A stretch of DNA of 59,795 nucleotides from a virus (Duplodnaviria; Caudoviricetes): IMG/VR virus record IMGVR_UViG_3300047548_000345, positions 1 through 59,795 of that record, one strand, 5' to 3'. The translations under genes and the position numbers were made by a program. Below, piece after piece: positions 57,081 through 59,795 of this stretch (the stretch's first letter is position 1; the number at the start of each line of letters is the position of its first letter). The notes below the pieces were generated by a model. The model saw nothing but the letters and a program-made list of their open reading frames with translations. It had not been told where the DNA came from and made no database searches.

Positions 57081-58157
57081 TCGGCAAACTCCACTTGTAA
57101 CGCTTCCATGTAGATATCATTCATGAAAGTCTTCATTCTATCAGAATCTACCGGTAATGTCAACCCGTCCAGGTACTTCCTTAGAATAGTCGGTGTATCT
57201 TCTGCTTGATCGATTGCCGTATCTTCTTCATTGTCTTTGAAGGATGAGATATCTTCAATGATGGAAATGTCTAGAGGTCCTGCTTTGTAGAGTTTATCAA
57301 ACATCATATCGAATGCATAAGGATTAGTTTTATTGACACAGACTAACTTGACATAAGAACCGGCATACTTACTAAAGTCAGACTTGTTGATACGTTCGAT
57401 GATATCTGTATGCTTCACATCATCATATGCAACCATCTTGAACATGCCGTGAGGATTACGATGAAAGATCAGTTCTCGCGTTTGCGTATCAAAGACATGA
57501 AAGCCTCGCGGATCATTGTAATCACTCCATGTAAACTCAGCGAAAGCGCCAAGATAATGGATATTACCAGTAGAAGACTTGTGATGATAATGCCCAGTGA
57601 ATACGCAGTCGTAGCGATCAAAGAGTTTAGAATCCATACCATGGTCCGAGACACTGCCTCGAAACATCTCGAAACCATTGAGTTCGAGGTGCCCCATGAG
57701 GACTTCGGCTGGACTTCTCCTGATTGCTTCCATAGACTCATCGTAATTAGACTCCGTTATCCAAGGTAGAAGTTGAATGAGAGTTCCATCAACATCTAGC
57801 AAATGTGGTTTATCATAGACAGAAATGTTTTGATAGCGACCTTCAACAAGTTCGCGCAAGGCATTTACTTCATGCGTATCACGCCAATAGATATCGTGGT
57901 TACCGGCGATGATATGTGTTTCGATACCTTTAGATTCGACAATATCTAAGAACACTTCTCTACAGACTTTGGCCGTTCGAAAGTTAACATACTTGCGACG
58001 ATCATACAAGTCACCTAGATGAATGATGTGCTTGATATTCTGGTCTTCTATGATCTTGAATATGTCTGCGAAGGACTTTGCAAAGTATTCATAGAATGTT
58101 GGATTGTCATTCCGAATCCCGAAAGTGGGTATCAGTTATAAGGGCAACTTTTGCCAT
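57077..58157 (-). CDS. 47: Recombination endonuclease subunit gp47 (Mre11-like), needs a +1 frameshift near 58122
   Basis: Frame 0 [12 protein letters not shown] then stop; +1 frame FGIRND...[22 protein letters not shown]. Confidence 0.9.
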
Positions 58158-58879
58158 CACTGATTCTCCTTATCAATAAGAGGTTTATAAACATAATCTC
58201 GGGGCACAGGCCCATCTTTACCAATTCTATCTTCTGGATCAAATCCTTTTGCATAGAATCTATTATACAAGAATTTAGATACTCCTGTCAAGTCTTGCAG
58301 TTCTTTCCAGCCTAGATAAACCTTACCTTTGTATTCTATTCGATTGGATCTAACTAGTTTTGCGGCTTGGCCACCTAGTGTGGCATTTTTTCGATTATTC
58401 TCCAGAAACTCTTCTCTGTTTTCTTGCTGCCATTGTTTGATTTTTTGAGACATTTTCTGTCGTCGTTCGTCGTTGTTTTCCCAATTTGCTGTGACCAACT
58501 CACGAATTTTTTGGTTCCAACCAGGTATCCTTTTGCTATGATGATTCTCTTTCAGAAAGCGAATATGTCGGCGGCGATACCACTCATAGTCTCTGGAGTT
58601 GAAGTAATCGACAGAACTATAGCACATTTTATGTAGCGCCCAATTCATTTTGACGGCATCTTCTTGATTATAGACCATCTTGGTCAATAGAAGGTGTGCT
58701 AAAAAATGTTCTCTAGGAAGAAGATTGACCAGATTGTCCGGATCATTACTTCCTCCCAGAGATTTAGGTATGATATGATGGGTTTCACAATAAACATCTT
58801 CTTTTAAGAGTTTATCATCTTTACGCTTATCAATCAGTTGGTAGTAGATTCGCGTATATTTGTTGTCTTTGAATATCAT
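58157..58879 (-). mobile_element. HNH homing endonuclease
   Basis: ETHHIIPKSLGGSNDPDNLVNLLPREHFLAHLLL; late promoter at 58914. Confidence 0.9.
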
Positions 58880-58924
58880 TGTTAACTCCAAACGTCTTTG
58901 GTATCGACAATGATATTTAGTATT

Positions 58925-59110
58925 TCAGTGATTTCTAGGAGCAGGCTTCTCTACACTTTTCTTGTAATCTGATATCTCATCCTCACCAACCAGACCAACC
59001 GCCTTCATGCGTTCCAGCACCTTCTCAGCATCTTTACTGTCATAAGGTGCTGGAATAGCGTTTCGCTTGCAAAACAATTCAATCAGTTGGTCTAGGTCGG
59101 TATCGATCAT
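58925..59110 (-). CDS. Hypothetical protein
   Basis: ORF track. Confidence 0.5.
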   Translation of the reverse strand: MIDTDLDQLIELFCKRNAIPAPYDSKDAEKVLERMKAVGLVGEDEISDYKKSVEKPAPRNH

Positions 59111-59286
59111 TCTTTTTCACCAAGCGAGGCGCGATCACAAAAGAACCGCTTACGCAATTTACTCCATCTAACTCTGTATAATGTTTTCTTAAACCGAACC
59201 CGTAAGCCAAAACTTGATTTATCGCGCCATGGGTAAAAGTGAACACCACATTTTAAATCAGCACCCTCTTCTGTGACATATATCAT
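59107..59286 (-). CDS. Small hypothetical protein
   Basis: Manual coupled ORF MIYVTEEGADLKCGVHFYPW... Confidence 0.5.
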   Translation of the reverse strand: MIYVTEEGADLKCGVHFYPWRDKSSFGLRVRFKKTLYRVRWSKLRKRFFCDRASLGEKE

Positions 59287-59489
59287 TTCGATTTCTCCAA
59301 AGCGGCGCGGGCTTTAACAAACACAGGCGCAAGAACAGTTCCTGCATCAGCGTATAGCCCTAAGTCTTCTGCCCAATCGACAACTTCACGCAGCGCCTCA
59401 CGCAGCCGCTCTATTTCGTCGGCAGCTTCATAACAATCGTCTTCATTGTGCTGCCACTTATCCCGCAACCGTTCAACAATGTCGGTCAT
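59283..59489 (-). CDS. Small MTDIVERLR-type phage protein
   Basis: MTDIVERLR..EAADEIERLREAL..ARAAL. Confidence 0.65.
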   Translation of the reverse strand: MTDIVERLRDKWQHNEDDCYEAADEIERLREALREVVDWAEDLGLYADAGTVLAPVFVKARAALEKSK

Positions 59490-59680
59490 TCCTTCCCCTC
59501 CCCAAGCGCAGCGCGGGCAATCTTGCGTAGTTTCCCAAGCAACATTCCGCACCTTGATGCCACAGCGCGGCTTTTCATCTTTGATCGTTCACTTCCAATG
59601 TCGCAGATCAAAAGGTTTTCCAACTGATCCACCTCTGCCACTGAAAGCATCTCACGCAGCGCCCCACGCAGCCGCTCTAT
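59387..59680. repeat. 28-bp near-perfect direct repeat in adjacent ORFs
   Basis: CACGCAGCGCC(T/C)CACGCAGCCGCTCTAT at 59387 and 59653. Confidence 0.8.
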
Positions 59681-59795
59681 GGTGACAGAAGCCGCATGTG
59701 CCTCTTGTTCCATCCATGCAATTTTTGCCTCCAGTGCCATGAAATATTGTTTGGCTGCATCACGGCTACAGTCATCACGATGCGCTTCACGACTT
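59486..59795 (-). CDS. Related small phage protein (5' end probably outside window)
   Basis: IERLRGALRE..IARAALGE. Confidence 0.5.
   Translation of the reverse strand, partial: SREAHRDDCSRDAAKQYFMALEAKIAWMEQEAHAASVTIERLRGALREMLSVAEVDQLENLLICDIGSERSKMKSRAVASRCGMLLGKLRKIARAALGEGKE

Overview
A 60-kb segment of a large T4-like (Tevenvirinae/cyanomyophage/phiM12-style) lytic myophage genome, almost entirely on the minus strand. It holds the replication/recombination core (gp47, gp46, gp45, gp44, gp62, regA, gp43, uvsX, gp40, gp41, dNMP kinase, dUTPase, ThyX), a CobS/CobT-like pair, and a 10.6-kb sugar-synthesis/glycosyl-/methyltransferase island. It also holds a dispersed array of about 15 tRNAs interleaved with homing endonucleases and host-envelope/stress genes (PstS, Omp25-like porin, RlpA, MotA/ExbD-like, Dps, SpeD, Hsp20). 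The host is probably an alphaproteobacterium (Rhizobiales-like), inferred from a tRNA-His lacking G-1 with A73, an AADLP-type OMP, DUF1127 and a ROSE-like element. Main candidates for novelty: (1) gp47 is split by a +1 shift at UUU_CGG right beside a homing endonuclease; (2) a CCA-ended tRNA-Arg(UCU)-like RNA has no D-arm and carries a D-loop-like sequence 3' of the anticodon arm; (3) several unassigned structured ncRNAs and pseudoknots; (4) a late-expressed ART-ParB/HAD/ligase-like/nucleotidyltransferase module. All family calls come from motifs recognised by eye; no searches were run.
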